A stretch of DNA of 64,000 nt, from the NCBI GenBank assembly GCA_951406725.2, contig OX597817.1, positions 124,062,001 through 124,126,000 of the forward strand, written 5' to 3'. This stretch comes from Octopus vulgaris (lineage: Eukaryota). The notes beneath the pieces are model-generated. The model ran no database searches and was not told where the DNA came from. It saw only the letters and a program-made list of their open reading frames with translations. A program made the translations under genes and the position numbers. Positions 36,588 through 50,110 of this stretch are shown one piece after another; the stretch's first letter is position 1; every line of letters starts with the position of its first letter.

Positions 36588-38005
36588 CATGCATTCTTTT
36601 AATTTTATAAAAAGAAAATAAAAACATTTCCATATATTCATCAATGCTTCATGCAGATTATACTGTTCATATATTTATTTATGCTTTATTCTATACATTT
36701 TTGACCAACAGAATAATAACTAGTTCCCTGAAGTTTGCATAGATAATAAAAGAAAAACAGACATCTGCAAAATCTATGCATAATCTTTACTCAAAAAAAA
36801 AAATGATCATGTATAAAATGATGTTTTGTGCAGATGTCTAAAATATTGATATTTATTGATGCCATCATATTTTATCATTAAACATGGCCAAGGGCCAACA
36901 AGGGTTTCTCATGCTCCAATTTACATCTGAGAATCCGTCTGTTGTCAGTCTGTCTGAGGATATTATTTAATGAAGATTTCCTTTAACTTTTGTTCCTAAT
37001 TGAATCAGTGAAACTATAAAAATACATCTAAGACCAGATTACTTTACCCAGTCGTAGAACATATCATTTTCCCTCCATCTCTGCAGTAGTTAAATACTCC
37101 ATATGAATCACTGATGAATTATCTATAATATATTCAGAGCCTTGCATCTCAGACTTCAGATTATTAAATTGGATACATTTGAGCTAAAACCTAATTGCAA
37201 ACGGTTTAATGTTCTGGCAAGATTAAAGAGTAAATCTATTTAAGCTTGAATAACTGAATTTGTATATTCCAAATAATAAATATGAACATTATCGAATGCA
37301 TTTAGATGTCAAAATACTTAAGTGTTTAATAAGTTTCTTTGGGATAAATTTGACTGGATTTAGATTCCAGATACCTATTTAATCAAAAGTAAAAGGGGAT
37401 TTACATATTCTGCCATACCAATAATGAAATTAATATGTGGAGGATGTACATGATTGTAGTAGATATACCGGTGGGACACATTTGAAAATAGATCCGATTA
37501 GAGTATTTGTACATTTGATTTAATAGTTTCGTGAATGTATGTGTGTAAGCGCGCATGCATGTGTGTGTGTGTACACATATTGATTACTCTTGTTACTGCA
37601 CTTCTAAAATGTGTCTAATACCTCAGATATCTTACTTTCATGTTATGTTTTACAACAATCTATATTTTCTTAACTGTTTAAACTCTTTATATTATAATAA
37701 TTACAATTTCAATGATAAACCAATTTTTCTACCATGTAAATACAATTTAATGTTGAGGCTCATATTGTGTGTCCAGTCATAAATGCTGATTTGTAATTGT
37801 CTTCTCTAACCTCAGACTATCCACTGTTCTTTCCCAGGTTGCATTAATGTGTAATGTTTTGAAGTAGGCAGTGGACATTTTGCTGAAGAGAAAAACCTAG
37901 ATTGTTGTCAGTGAAATGTCAATATTTCATGGCAAATATTATGGACACAACATAACATGTTTTTATCTCTTTCTCTTGATAATAGAAGTATTACCTTCAA
38001 TTGTA

Positions 38006-38041
<36 letters not shown>

Positions 38042-40049
38042 TTTGTAATTATATTGGTATGGTATGTGTTTGTATATGTGCATTGTGGATTTAAAAAAAT
38101 TATATATTGAAGAAGGATTATGATACTAAAATGTTTTCTTGCAAATATGTTAATAAATGAAACAATAATTAAACATATATTCTACTATCTATTATGAGTG
38201 AAATTTTGGAAGACCTCAAACTGTGGATACTACTTGTTAGCTTCTTTTTGGCACAGATTAGGTCACCTAGGTAACAGAACAGAAATATTTATTGAATCAG
38301 CATAGCACTCTATTCCTATGCATAACCCATTTAGAAACCTTCTGTAGCTGCTGATTGAACTACTTATATATTATTGATTTTGCACAAACTAAATATGATT
38401 AAGGGTGTTGGATTCTAGAAACCATTAAGGTACTGAAACTTTTATCCCCAAATCAAAGAGTTGGACACTATGGTTACTGACATGGTTCATTTAAAGAGAT
38501 TAGAGCAGGGAGACCCAGCACTTTTACTGACTGTACACAAGCCAATGTAGAAGCCTCTTTGTCATTACTTGACCTCCTGTAAATAGTATCCAAATTTCCC
38601 TCAGATCATACCTTGTTATCTTAAAATGAAGGGAGGATTACATGGGAATATGTTTTTCTGGGGATATGCTTCGGCAAAAGAAAGGTTGTTTTTGATCATA
38701 GGTTTGGATAGGTCAAAGCTCCCTTGAAGACAAAATTATAAGTAACCACAATCAAAAGAGAACTCTAATTCACACTACAAAATAATGACATACTTGTTTT
38801 TTACAGAGCTGTTCTTTGTTCAATAACCTAGGGAATTAAGTAATTCTTGGTTTTGGTCATGGACACTGCAACTGAAATTTCAGGATATGAATGACTGGTT
38901 GCCTGATAATCAAGTGACTATGGCTCACTTTTATCAGAAGCAATATTCATTGCATCTGACTAATACCTAGTTGCTTGTTGTGTCCACTTCAGATCTGTAC
39001 CTTTAAAATTTTTCTTCTATGATTCAAATTGCTTTTGCAGTGTCAATGGTTGCCAATGTTTAACAACTATACATGCTAACAACTGAATATCTATGTGATC
39101 TTTTCACCTTTGGTAGATAGCAGCCAAATCTTTTCCAAATCACACACTGCGAAAAAATGAATTGTACAATGTAGTTCAGTTTGCATAATATTTTTAACAT
39201 TAAAAGCAAAAGGGAGACACGACTAGAACGCTAGCACATCTGCTTAATTATGGTTGGCATGGGGTGGAAATCAGTAGCTATATAACCAATAACAAGATAT
39301 ATATAGTCATGCATGCACTTTTATATGCGTGTATATTAACATTACACTTGAATATGTGCATGAGGGCAGTTTTGATTGTCCTTGAGAGTAGTTTTTGTTT
39401 TATATCACAGATCAGTCATTACTAAAATGAATACAAACACGCATATACACATGTGTGTATGTATGTGTGTTTATGAGTTCATTTTGATAGCTTTGTTATA
39501 AAAAGTCAATGATAATATCTTTACTAGTCATTCAAACTGACAAAACTGTAATGATATGTGTCAGCCATGTTGAACTAATGTAATTACAGTATATGTTTTA
39601 TCATGTAAACCCACATATATATCAGTGTCATCGTTAATTTTTTTTTTTTTTTTCATGCTAATATGGGTTGGACAGGTCTAGTTTCTTTAGAATCTCTTGC
39701 CACTTGTTGCATGCATTGATCATCTGACAGAAAACAATGAAAAAAAGAAAATACAACTCAGAAATGTGCTCCTTGTTTTTATGTATGTCATGTATATTTC
39801 TTGATACAAATGAATTCTTGAATCAATTTTTCATTTACTGCAACAACCTAGAAGTCAAATTTCCTTTACTGTACCTTGTAGGATATGTGTCCTCTCTGTT
39901 TCTTTTCCTTTAGTGTGCTCACGTGTGTGTGTGTGCATGTATGAATGTAATTATACAATGTATATAAGTGTGTGTGCATGAATGTAAGTATGCATACATT
40001 TATCATTACATACATACATTCATACTCACATACCACATACACATATACA

Positions 40050-40093
<44 letters not shown>

Positions 40094-40614
40094 CATGTCT
40101 AGACATGCAAATTTATATGAAAAACATAAATTTGCACATATGCATATAAACATACAAAAATACTCTGTTGATGTTAAAATTCCATTGCAGGAGCCTTGGA
40201 TATTTTTCAATTGGCAAGAAACCTTGAAATATCACTGAATAATGATATACATGCATGCATACCTGCATCCACCTGTTCATTCATCCAACCAACTATAAAT
40301 ACATACATACCTGCATACATACATACATACTTACAGTAAAAGAACAAGAATAGACAACTCTTTATTTTTGCTACACATTCCCATAGCATAGTCTTTTATT
40401 CAATAACAGATAATATTACATAATATGTAACTTCAAATTGTTACACAATTCCACCATTTCTTCATGTAAAGTTGAGCCTTATCATCCTTTCACCATCAGA
40501 ATTGAACACTAGACTTTGTCCTTAAGGAAACAGCAAACATACCCAAAGGAGGAATACAATGGAGAAATACAGACTAGACTTAAAAACCTAGACTTAACTG
40601 ATGACATAGTTTTA

Positions 40615-41069
40615 ATCATCATCATCATCATCATCATCGTTTAACATCCGTTTTCCGCGCTAGCACGGGTTGGACGGTTCGACCGGGGTCTGGGAAGCCA
40701 GGGGCTGCACCAGGCTCCAGTCTGATCTGGCAGAGTTTCTACAGCTGGATGCCCTTCCTAACGCCAACCACTCCGCGAGTGTAGTGGGTGCTTTTTACGT
40801 GCCACCTGCACAGGTGCCAGGGGGGTCCGGCATCAGTCACGATCGGCTGGAGCTTTTAACGTGCCACCGGCATGAAGCCAGTCAGGTCGGCGCTGGCAAC
40901 GGCCATGTTCGGATGGTGATTTTTATGTGCCACCAGCACAGAAGCCAGTCGGGGCGGCACTGGCAACGGCCACGTTTGGATGGTGCTTTTTATGTGCCAC
41001 CGGCACAGAAGCCAGTCAGGACGGTGCTGGCATCGGCCACGTTCGGATGGTGCTTTTTATGTGCCACCG
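40615..41069 (-). mobile_element. RTE-type 3' UTR/tail with ~58-bp GTGCCACCGGCAC subrepeats and (GAT)n end
   Basis: Reverse complement of the family at 46020-46370. Confidence 0.85.
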
Positions 41070-41799
41070 AACTTAATAAAAACTTGCAACAGCCAAAATA
41101 ATGAACATTACAAAATAATTGTTGAACCGCAATGATAATAAAGATCAACCATCAAGATATCAAGACAGTTGATAAAGTCATAAATATCAATTGAGGTTCT
41201 CAGTCTAATGTCATCCACGGAATTGGTAAACTGCAATCTTATGCCAGAGAATGTGCACTATCTGGTTCTCCAACATTATCAGCTTACACATGTAACAAGA
41301 ATGAAAGGTCTGTAACATTTGAGGGGTGCAGGTCTCATCTCGTTACATTAAATTATTTGTGGAAGGAAAAGCAAGACTTTGAATATCTTCAAACAGCATA
41401 AATATTTCATTTCCTGGATTTGCAATAATATATATGTATATATTTCCTTCAGAGCAAATCGGTAACCATGGAGGCTAGTCGCTGTGGTTAAATGGTGAGA
41501 ACCAACTCCTGTCCCATTCCAGCATAGTATAGCTTCACCACATGGTGGCAGCTTGGTAGAGCTATGAGGACACATCCATTCAATTCGGTGTCAGCTTCGA
41601 GAGAGAGATCGATACACAGGAAGTTTTGCTGCTGGTAGTTCTCTGCACATACACATGAGGGAACTTCCGGTGGCCTCCAGGAAGAAATTCAACTCTATGC
41701 ATGCATGCTGAAGACTTCCAAAATAACTTCACTACACGCACAAAGATCCAACTCTACAATAACTTAATTCTACTGACAATTTTCTATCTTAGTGAAGTG

Positions 41800-42060
41800 T
41801 GGAAGAGCACCTAGGCAATCAGCAGAAAGCTGATATGTTCCACGAAAGGTGGATGAGAAGGAATCTGAGAATGTTCTAGCAAGATCATGTGACCAGTGAA
41901 GATGTTCTAAAGAGAGCCAACACAAAACCACTTAACGAAGTTATCACAGAATGAAGATTGAAACTTGTGAGTCCTATACTTTGGTTATGAGAACAATGAT
42001 ATTTCAAAATAGCTTTGAAATGCACACCAGCAGAGGGTAAAAGATAGGTACACTGAAGAC
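41800..42060 (+). mobile_element. Decayed RTE fragment
   Basis: QDHVTSEDVLKRANTKPL...KIALKCTPAEGKR. Confidence 0.6.
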
Positions 42061-42931
42061 TACATGGTGTGGAACATTCACAACCAACACAAGAGGGACC
42101 TCAAATCACTGTCCAATGTAGTTGAGATCACAGAAATTGATACTGGTATATGTATACATGCATACAGGTGTATGCATACATGCATGTACGTATGTGCATG
42201 CATAATAAAAGCACACACATACATAACCATATATATGTTATGGGTGACAACTGGTTAAACCAGAGCAGAAAATTAAAAAAATCAAAACCAAATGATAATG
42301 TGCAGCTTTCTTTCCCCAGCTATCTCCCATAAATAATAACAGATTTATACTAAAATCTGAATAGTTATTTGTATTCATATGTCTTCGAAAACATAATAAA
42401 ATGCATTCATTCATGAAATATTACTGATAACAAACTCTGTTTCTTTATAATGTCTTATATCAAATGACACCTGTTGCTAAAATATACAAACCTGACAAGT
42501 GAAAGCAAGTATCACATCATCCAATAACTTTGAAGTGTAACTTGGTAGACAAATTGTGCACAATCTGCCATATGAGTGTGTGATTAAATATATGTTCACA
42601 TATACACACACACACACATTCATACACACGAGTGAGCACATAAATGCAAAACAAGGTGGCAAAAAATAGTACTTGAATACCGGAGGTTTCACATTCCCAT
42701 TCTTTCGGCAGTTGTGATACAGAATAGATTGTAATAAATCATATAAAATGAATCATGTAAAATAAATCATATATTATATGTACCATCACAATTTTATTTC
42801 AGTCCCTGTTACAACTACCTGACAAATGGAAACATGAAACTCGCTATAGCAGTTTTTTGTGATGTTTTTGCAGTTTTAATAAAAGTAAATATATTCTTTT
42901 ATTCTGGAACACCACCTTAGTGTATATATAT

Positions 42932-42986
<55 letters not shown>

Positions 42987-43168
42987 TAAATAAATGGTAC
43001 AACGAAGTACCGATATTTACTGGAAATAGCGAACGTAATAAATACGACGCTAATGTATAGCTTCACTGCGTATGTACTAGTAAAGATGCGTGTGTGCAAC
43101 AAACATGAAAAAAATTGTCTTACCTCTAGGAAGAACATCTGAAAAATGAAAAACCTAGATAACGGATA

Positions 43169-43241
43169 ATGCAGTACCAGTTTCGGATTTTTCAAAATAC
43201 GAATGCCAATCGTATAATTGATTTATCCTCATCAGCTGCAT
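43169..43241 (-). ncRNA. Minimal type I hammerhead (PLE dimer type)
   Basis: Minus strand: AUGCAG-CUGAUGA-GGAU...AUACGA uuggcau UCGUAU...AUCC-GAAA-CUGG-UA-CUGCAU. Confidence 0.8.
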
Positions 43242-43539
43242 AAACCTCAACAATATTTCAAATGTTGCCACATCTATACCAGTACACTCGTCTGAACGCC
43301 AAAACGTTAACAGAGTGAGAACAGCGAGAACAATGAAAATAGCAATGCAATACGAGAGTATTGCTTTCCATTAAAGAATATATATATAGACAACAACCTC
43401 GAACCCACAAGAGTAAACAAGAGAGACAGAGACAGGCAGAAACAAGGAAAATGCCACTTGTATTTGAACACTAATCAAATATTCTTTTCAAAAAAAATTT
43501 CTTTTAATTTTTCCCAAATTTAATTGTCTTCCATACTTA

Positions 43540-43575
43540 CAGTTGAAAAAGTCTCAATGACTGAAACCAGTACTG
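43540..43575 (+). ncRNA. Degenerate minimal hammerhead
   Basis: CAG-UUGAAAA-AGUC ucaau GACU-GAAA-CCAG-UA-CUG. The core has two mismatches to CUGAnGA. Confidence 0.45.
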
Positions 43576-43623
43576 AAATGTTTTTTATAAAATTATTTAG
43601 CATTTTAACATTTTTTTTTTTCC

Positions 43624-43654
<31 letters not shown>

Positions 43655-43794
43655 TATATATATATATTAGTAAAAATGGTAAGATAACAAAGGAAAGAAA
43701 GAGACCTCAATATTATGTTAATAGAGGAAATTTATCTCTAAAATAATATGTGACATCCGAAACTCAGAGTTTTATCTTGGCTACCGAATAATTG

Positions 43795-43836
<42 letters not shown>

Positions 43837-43838
<2 letters not shown>

Positions 43839-46371
43839 TCAGAGTGTAAGTACTTTGAGAGAAAAGTTGAACCTAAGAAGTGTCAGTTGTGGTGTGCAAG
43901 AGAGACGGCTGCGCTGGTATGGTCATGTGACGAGAATGGCTGAAGATAGTTGTGTGCAAAAGTGCTACACCCTAGCAGTTGAGGGAACCTGTGGAAGAGG
44001 TAGACCCAGGAAAACCTGGGACGAGGTGGTGAAGCACGACCTTCGAACTTTAGGTCTCACCAAGGAAATGACTGAAGACCGAGTCCTATGGAAGTGTGCT
44101 GTGCATGAGAGGACCCGGCAGGACTAGTCAGGCCATATCCCGTGGCCCCTACCTGGGACGTAGTCGATCCACCTGTGCATACCTTCCTTCTTGTGACACT
44201 TGTGAAGACCTGCTGAGGCAAGTGAAAATCAATCAAAATAGATGAACATCAATGGAATTTGTATCTTTGTGGTACCAGTGCCTGTGGCACACAAGAAAAC
44301 CATCCGAACGTGGCCGTAGCCAGTACCGCATCGACTGGCCTCCGTGCTGTGGGAACATGGTGGCACATAAAAACACCATCCGAAGACCCGGCAAGACTAG
44401 TTAGGTCATAACCCGTGGCCCCTACCTGGGACGTAGTCAGTCCACCTGTACATACCTTCCTTCTTGTGACACTTGTGAAGACCTGTTGAGGCAAGTGAAA
44501 ATCAAAAATCAAAACAAATCAAAATAGATGAACATCAATGGAATTTGTATCTTTGTGGTACCAGTGCCGGTGGCACACAAGAATCCATCCGAACGTGGCC
44601 GTAGTCAGTACCGCATCACTGGCCATCGTGCTGTGGGCACATAACAAACACCATCCGATCGTGGCTGTTCGCCAGCCTCATCTAGCACCTGTGTCAGTGG
44701 CACATAAAAACACCATCCGAAGACCCGGCAAGACTAGTCAGGCCATAACCCATGGCCCCTACCTGGGACGTAGTCAGTCCACCTGTGCATACCTTCCTCC
44801 TTGTGATACTTGTGAAGGCCTGTTGAGGCAAGTGAAAATCAAAAAAATCAAAATCAAATCAAAACAAATCAAAATAGATGAACATCAATGGAATTTGTAT
44901 CTTTGTGGTACCAGTGCCGGTGGCACACAAGAGAAAACCATCCGAAAGTGGCCGTAGCCAGTACCGCATCGACTGGCCTCCGTGCTGTGGGCACATGACA
45001 AACACCATCCGATCGTGGCCGTTCGCCAGCCTCATCTAGCACCTGTGTCGGTGGCACATAAAAACACCATCCGAAGACCCGGCAAGACTAGTCAGGCCAT
45101 AACCCATGGCCCCTACCTGGGACGTAGTCAGTCCACCTGTGCATACCTTCCTTCTTGTGACACTTGTGAAGACCTGTTGAGGCAAGTGAAAATCAAAATC
45201 AAAATCAAAACAAATCAAAATAGATGAACATCAATGGAATTTGTATCTTTGTGGTACCAGTGCCGGTGGCACACAAGAGAACCATCCGAACGTGGCCATA
45301 GCCAGTTCCGCATCGACCGGCCTCCGTGCTGTGGGCACGTAACAAACACCATCCGATCATGGCCGTTCGCCAGCCTCATCTGGCACCTGTGTCGGTGGCA
45401 CATAAAAACACCTTCCGAAGACCCGGCAAGACTAGTCAGTCCACCTGTGCATACCTTCCTTCTTGTGACACTTGTGAAGACCTGTTGAGGCAAGTGAAAA
45501 TCAAATCAAATCAAAATAGATGAACATCAATGGTATTTGTATCTTTGTGGTACCAGTGCCTGTGGCACACAAGAAATCCATCCAAACGTGGCCGTAGTCA
45601 GTACCGCATCGACTGGCCATCGTGCTGTGGGCACATAACAAACACCATCCGATCGTGGCCGTTCGCCAGCCTCATCTAGCACCTGTGTCGATGGCACATA
45701 AAAACACCATCCGAAGACCCGGCAAGACTAGTTAGGCCTTATCCCATGGCCCCTACCTGGGACGTAGTCAGTCCACCTGTGCATACCTTCCTCCCTGTGA
45801 TACTTGTGAAGGCCTGTTGAGGCAAGTGAAAATCAAAATGAAATCAAAACAAATCAAATCAAATCAAATCAAAACAAATCAAAATAGATGAACATTAATG
45901 GAATTGTATCTTTGTGGTACCAGTGCCGGTGGCACACAAGGAAACCATCCGAACGTGGCCGTAGCCAGTACCGCATCGACTGGCCTCCGTGCTGTGGGCA
46001 CGTAACAAACACCATCCGATCGTGGCCGTTTGCCAGACTCATCTGGCACCTGTGTCGGTGGCACATAAAAACACCATCCGAGCATGGCCGTCTGCCAGCC
46101 TCGTCTGGCACCTGTGTCGGTGGCACATAAAAAACACCATCCGAGCGTGGCCGTTTGCCAGCCTCGTCTGGCACCTGTGTCGGTGGCACATAAAATCACC
46201 CACTACACTCTCGGAGTGGTTGGCGTTAGGAAGGGCATCCAGCTGTAGAAACATTGCCAGATCTGACTGGACTGGTGCAGCTTTCGGGCTCCCCAGACCC
46301 CAGTTGAACCGTCCAACCCATGCTAGCATGGAAAGCGGACGTTAAATGATGATGATGATGATGATGATGAT
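43837..46371 (+). mobile_element. 5'-truncated RTE LINE with tandemly amplified 3' UTR and (GAT)n tail
   Basis: ORF end RRLRWYGHVTRM...GRGRPRKTW...TRQD* (stop at 44127); the tail ends GGACGTTAAATGATGATG. Confidence 0.92.
44112..46200 (+). repeat. Tandem array: six units starting at 44112, 44385, 44722, 45076, 45420 and 45716, then ~60-bp subrepeats
   Basis: Each unit restarts at GACCCGGCA(A/G)GACTAGT; spacings are 273, 337, 354, 344 and 296 bp. Confidence 0.95.
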
Positions 46372-46409
46372 ATATATACATATATAATCTAAATCTCTCT
46401 CTTTCTGAC

Positions 46410-46762
46410 TCGGCAACCATGTAATGTATCTCCTCTGCGGCAAGACACCTGTTTCTATCTCACTTGTTACACTCTAATCTTTCATCATCTGGCACAAGAT
46501 CACCTCCTTCAACATCCCCTCCCTTCTCAAAGGATTTTTGTCTTGCAAGTTATTTGGTGACCTTGCCAGTGTTGGCGCCACATAAAATGCATCTAGACCA
46601 CACTGTAAAGTGGTTGGCATTTGATAAGGGCATCCAGCTGTAAAAACTATGCCAAAACACACTGAAGGCTGGTGCTGTCTTCTGCCCAGCCAGCTCCTGT
46701 CAAACCATCCAACCCATGCCATCATGGAAAGTATACGTTAAATGATGTCAATGATGATGATA
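46410..46762 (+). mobile_element. Older RTE-tail-related copy
   Basis: GTGGTTGGCAT...GGGCATCCAGCTGTAAAAAC...CCAACCCATGCC...GTTAAATGATG. Confidence 0.65.
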
Positions 46763-48119
46763 TAGAGAGAGTGAAAGCATGTTGCCTGGTGGTTAGGCTG
46801 TTGACCTAACAATTTTATAATCCTAAGTTTGTGAGTCCCATACTTGGATCAGACATTCTGTGTCTTTGGCTAAAGCATACATAGCACTCTGTCTCAGTCT
46901 ACTCGGCTATCCCTCTCCTCCAGCTGTTACATACTTGCTGTTCTAGTGGGTCAAGGTGAAGAGGCCTAGAAGGTGTCTATATATGTTCATGATTACAAAG
47001 GCAGCTAAAACCTTCTAGTAAAATTATTGTACTTACAACTATCAAGTCATACTTGTTTGTGATTGAAACACATGTTCACACACACACACACACACACACA
47101 GTTCATAGATTGAGATCAATGAAGTGAGTTAATTCTTTCTGGGAAGAGAAAATTTATTGATGCTAGTGTCAGGTTTGCTGAAAAACAACAGAGTAAAATG
47201 AAAAGCAACAGAGCAAAATGCAGGAAGTTAGATGGAAAACGAACATTCATGTTAAGTGGTATGAATGCAGAGTGTTTAGAGTGATGTGAATGAGGGGTGA
47301 ATTGGGTAGTGAAAGTCAGCAGCATGACCAGGTCAGTTAATGGTCAAGTCGTTGGAGGAATAAATGAAGTTGTGAAGTGGTATGATTGTTTTATGAGATG
47401 CAAGCAGAAACGTTCCAACTGGATACCTAACTTTAGGTATTATATTTCTTCAGATTTATTCCTTTAGTGCATAATCCAGATCACATTGATTTCCATAAGC
47501 AACTGACGTGACTTAGCATCTCTCCCTAGTAGCTCATCATACTTCATCAATGCTGGCCTCAGCCTCATGATCAAGACACCTGCTTGATAAAAGTGGCGGA
47601 GTAATAGTAGTAGTTTCACATGCCGACTTCTACATTTAGAAAGCTCCATGTCACTTTAGTAATCACCATTTCTGCTGCAAATTTTCAAGTGACAGAACTC
47701 TTTCAAACCAAAAGCCTCCCCTTCCATGGTACACTATATCATATTCTCTTCTGTACTTTATCCAGTTGCCAGCAACCTCATCTCAAAATTCTCTACTGTC
47801 CCACTGAGCTAATCTCTAACTACTTGAATCATCTGATACTCCTCTTTGTCACCCTCTTTGTTATTCCATTTCAAGAATGCTCTTTGCCACTTCAACTTTT
47901 CTGTGCATCAGTGCCATCTCACTCACCAGAAACCAACTCATATGTTTCATATCTTACATCATCAATTTTTACCCAGCACATGATTTTTACCTCCACCATC
48001 TCAGATACTTTCATTAACTTCCTTAACATATTGGTCTCTATTGACAGTCTCCATCTCTCCCAATCGGTTAACTAAAAAATAGACCCAACAAGCACTCATT
48101 GTACCTTGACTTTGCTTCC

Positions 48120-48762
48120 TCTCTCTCTTTTCTTTTTTACTTGTTTCAGTCATTTGCCTGTGGCCATGCCGGAGCACCGCTTTAGTCGAGCAAATCAACC
48201 CCAGGACGTATTCTTTGTAAGTCTGGTACTTTTTCTATTGGTCTCTTTTGCCGAACCACTAAGTTACAGGAATGTAAACACACCAGCATCGGTTATCATG
48301 CAATGTTGGGGGGGACAAACACAGACACACAAACATATACACACACATACATATATATATATATATATGTATATATATGTATGTATGTGTGTATATATAT
48401 ATACACACATACATACAGTGGTTGGCATTAGGAAGGGCATCCAGCTGTAGAAACTCTGCCAGATCAGACTGAAGCCTGGTGCAGCCCCCGGCTTCCCAGA
48501 CCCCGGTCGAACTGTCCAACCCGTGCTTGTGCGGAAAACGGACGTTAAACGATGATGATGATGATATATATATATATATACATATATATACATATATACG
48601 ACGGGTTTCTTTCAGTTTCCATCTTCCAAATCCACTTACAAGGCTTTGGTTGGCCCGAGGGAATAGTAGAAGACACTTGCCCAAGGTGCCACACAGTGGG
48701 ACTGAACCCGGAACCATGTGGTTGGTGAGCAAGCTACTTATCACACAGCCACTCCTATGCCT
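48120..48762 (-). mobile_element. SINE (29639 family) with an RTE 3' tail (48417-48564, + strand) nested in its (TA)n
   Basis: SINE halves flank AGTGGTTGGCATTAGGAAGGG...GACGTTAAACGATGATGATG. Confidence 0.88.
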
Positions 48763-49336
48763 ATTAATCCTCACATTAATTTTGACATTATTTCACAATT
48801 CTTCAGACACCTTCTCTTCTGTAGTAAAGATCTTGACTTTGAAACAAAGTTGAAGCAAATGTGAATAGTTTCCCTTTTAAGGTGTTGTTTCATAGAGTTA
48901 ATTACTTTGACTGCAGCTCATTACTTTGGCTTGTATGCTCTGTGGTGCACTGCACTTGCAAGAAATGTGTTGCTGTTGTTTGGAAAATAGATTTCATAAA
49001 CACCCTGGATATTTTAAATAATGTCCAAGTAATCCTCAGAATTTATGACTCAACATTTCAGTTCACACGACCAATTCTTAATTTGAAGTCTTCTGCAGCA
49101 CTTTGGTTCTAAAAGGGCTCACAAGCATTTAGAGCCACACTGAATTTTCAACACAGTCACTTCTGCTTTGGGTGGTCTAATCACAAGCATCAACTTCTGC
49201 TGATTTTAAATTTCCCTCCTTCCTTTTCAATCGCATTTTCACATTTGCAGTCTTTTCTAGTTTAGATATGATTTGTACATATGATGCAATTAGAAGCTGG
49301 TGAACATCAGGGATATGTATAAGTATAAGTCTTTAA

Positions 49337-49556
49337 CCCTTTCGATACCGTATTTATTTTGAGATGCTGTCTTTCTTTCAATCAATTTTAAATATAACAA
49401 AGAATATAGTAAAATAACTTAGCTATCATTCAGCTAGTGTTAGGAACATAAATCATGACCAAGGTTTGGTGGAAGCTTTTAATTCAAAACTTAAGAAAAC
49501 AAGACATTTGTACTACAGAGCCAGAGGCGGTTTCAGCCGGCTTGGTATCGAAAGGG
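49337..49556. mobile_element. piggyBac-type MITE, 220 bp
   Basis: TTAA|CCCTTTCGATACC ... GGTATCGAAAGGG|TTAA. Confidence 0.95.
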
Positions 49557-49879
49557 TTAAATTTGGTGATATCAACAATGAGAACGATAAAGAGAAACAA
49601 CTAATTAAAACTTTGCCTTCATGGATCTCATTAGTATCAGTAAATAAGTAAACTCATTCAAGAAATAACTTTCCTTAAAACATTGGAAGAACTGCCTGTT
49701 ATATGGGAGGTTGACAAAATGTACAAGATATAATTAGGTAGACTTATTATAACTTCAGTGATTAATAAAACTTGCTTTCCTTTAATATCACAACTTGATG
49801 ATCAGAATTTCTAACATCACATTGTGTGAAGTTACCTGACATCTAAGAGCTTGCAGTGTGTAACAGTGAGTCTCTAGAT

Positions 49880-50110
49880 TTTCAATCATCAGACAATATC
49901 TAACTTGGATTACTAGAAGTTTTTAAGCTTATACCAGGTTTGTTTCTTGCTTGTCAGGCCATCTTTCTTACTATCAGCAATATAGGTCCCAATGTACTTG
50001 AAGTCACTGCCCTCCTTGAATTGTTTGCTATCTTTGGAAAAAATTGGCAGGTGTCTTTCACCCTTATTGATGGTTATGTAATTTGTCTTATTTGAAATGA
50101 AAAACAGACG
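49880..50110 (-). mobile_element. RTE RT fragment
   Basis: SDFKYIGTYIADSKKD resembles the RTE F(K/T)YLG region. Confidence 0.6.

Larger units (their letters stand above)
42980..43625. mobile_element. Penelope-like pLTR remnant between (TA)n tracts
   Basis: Non-coding, bounded by (TA)n, and containing two hammerhead motifs in opposite orientation. Confidence 0.6.

Noticed and set aside
44112-46200. CRISPR-like or coding interpretation of the array
   Set aside because: The units are wholly repeated with no unique spacers, there are no cas genes, the context is eukaryotic, and the ORFs are repeat translations.
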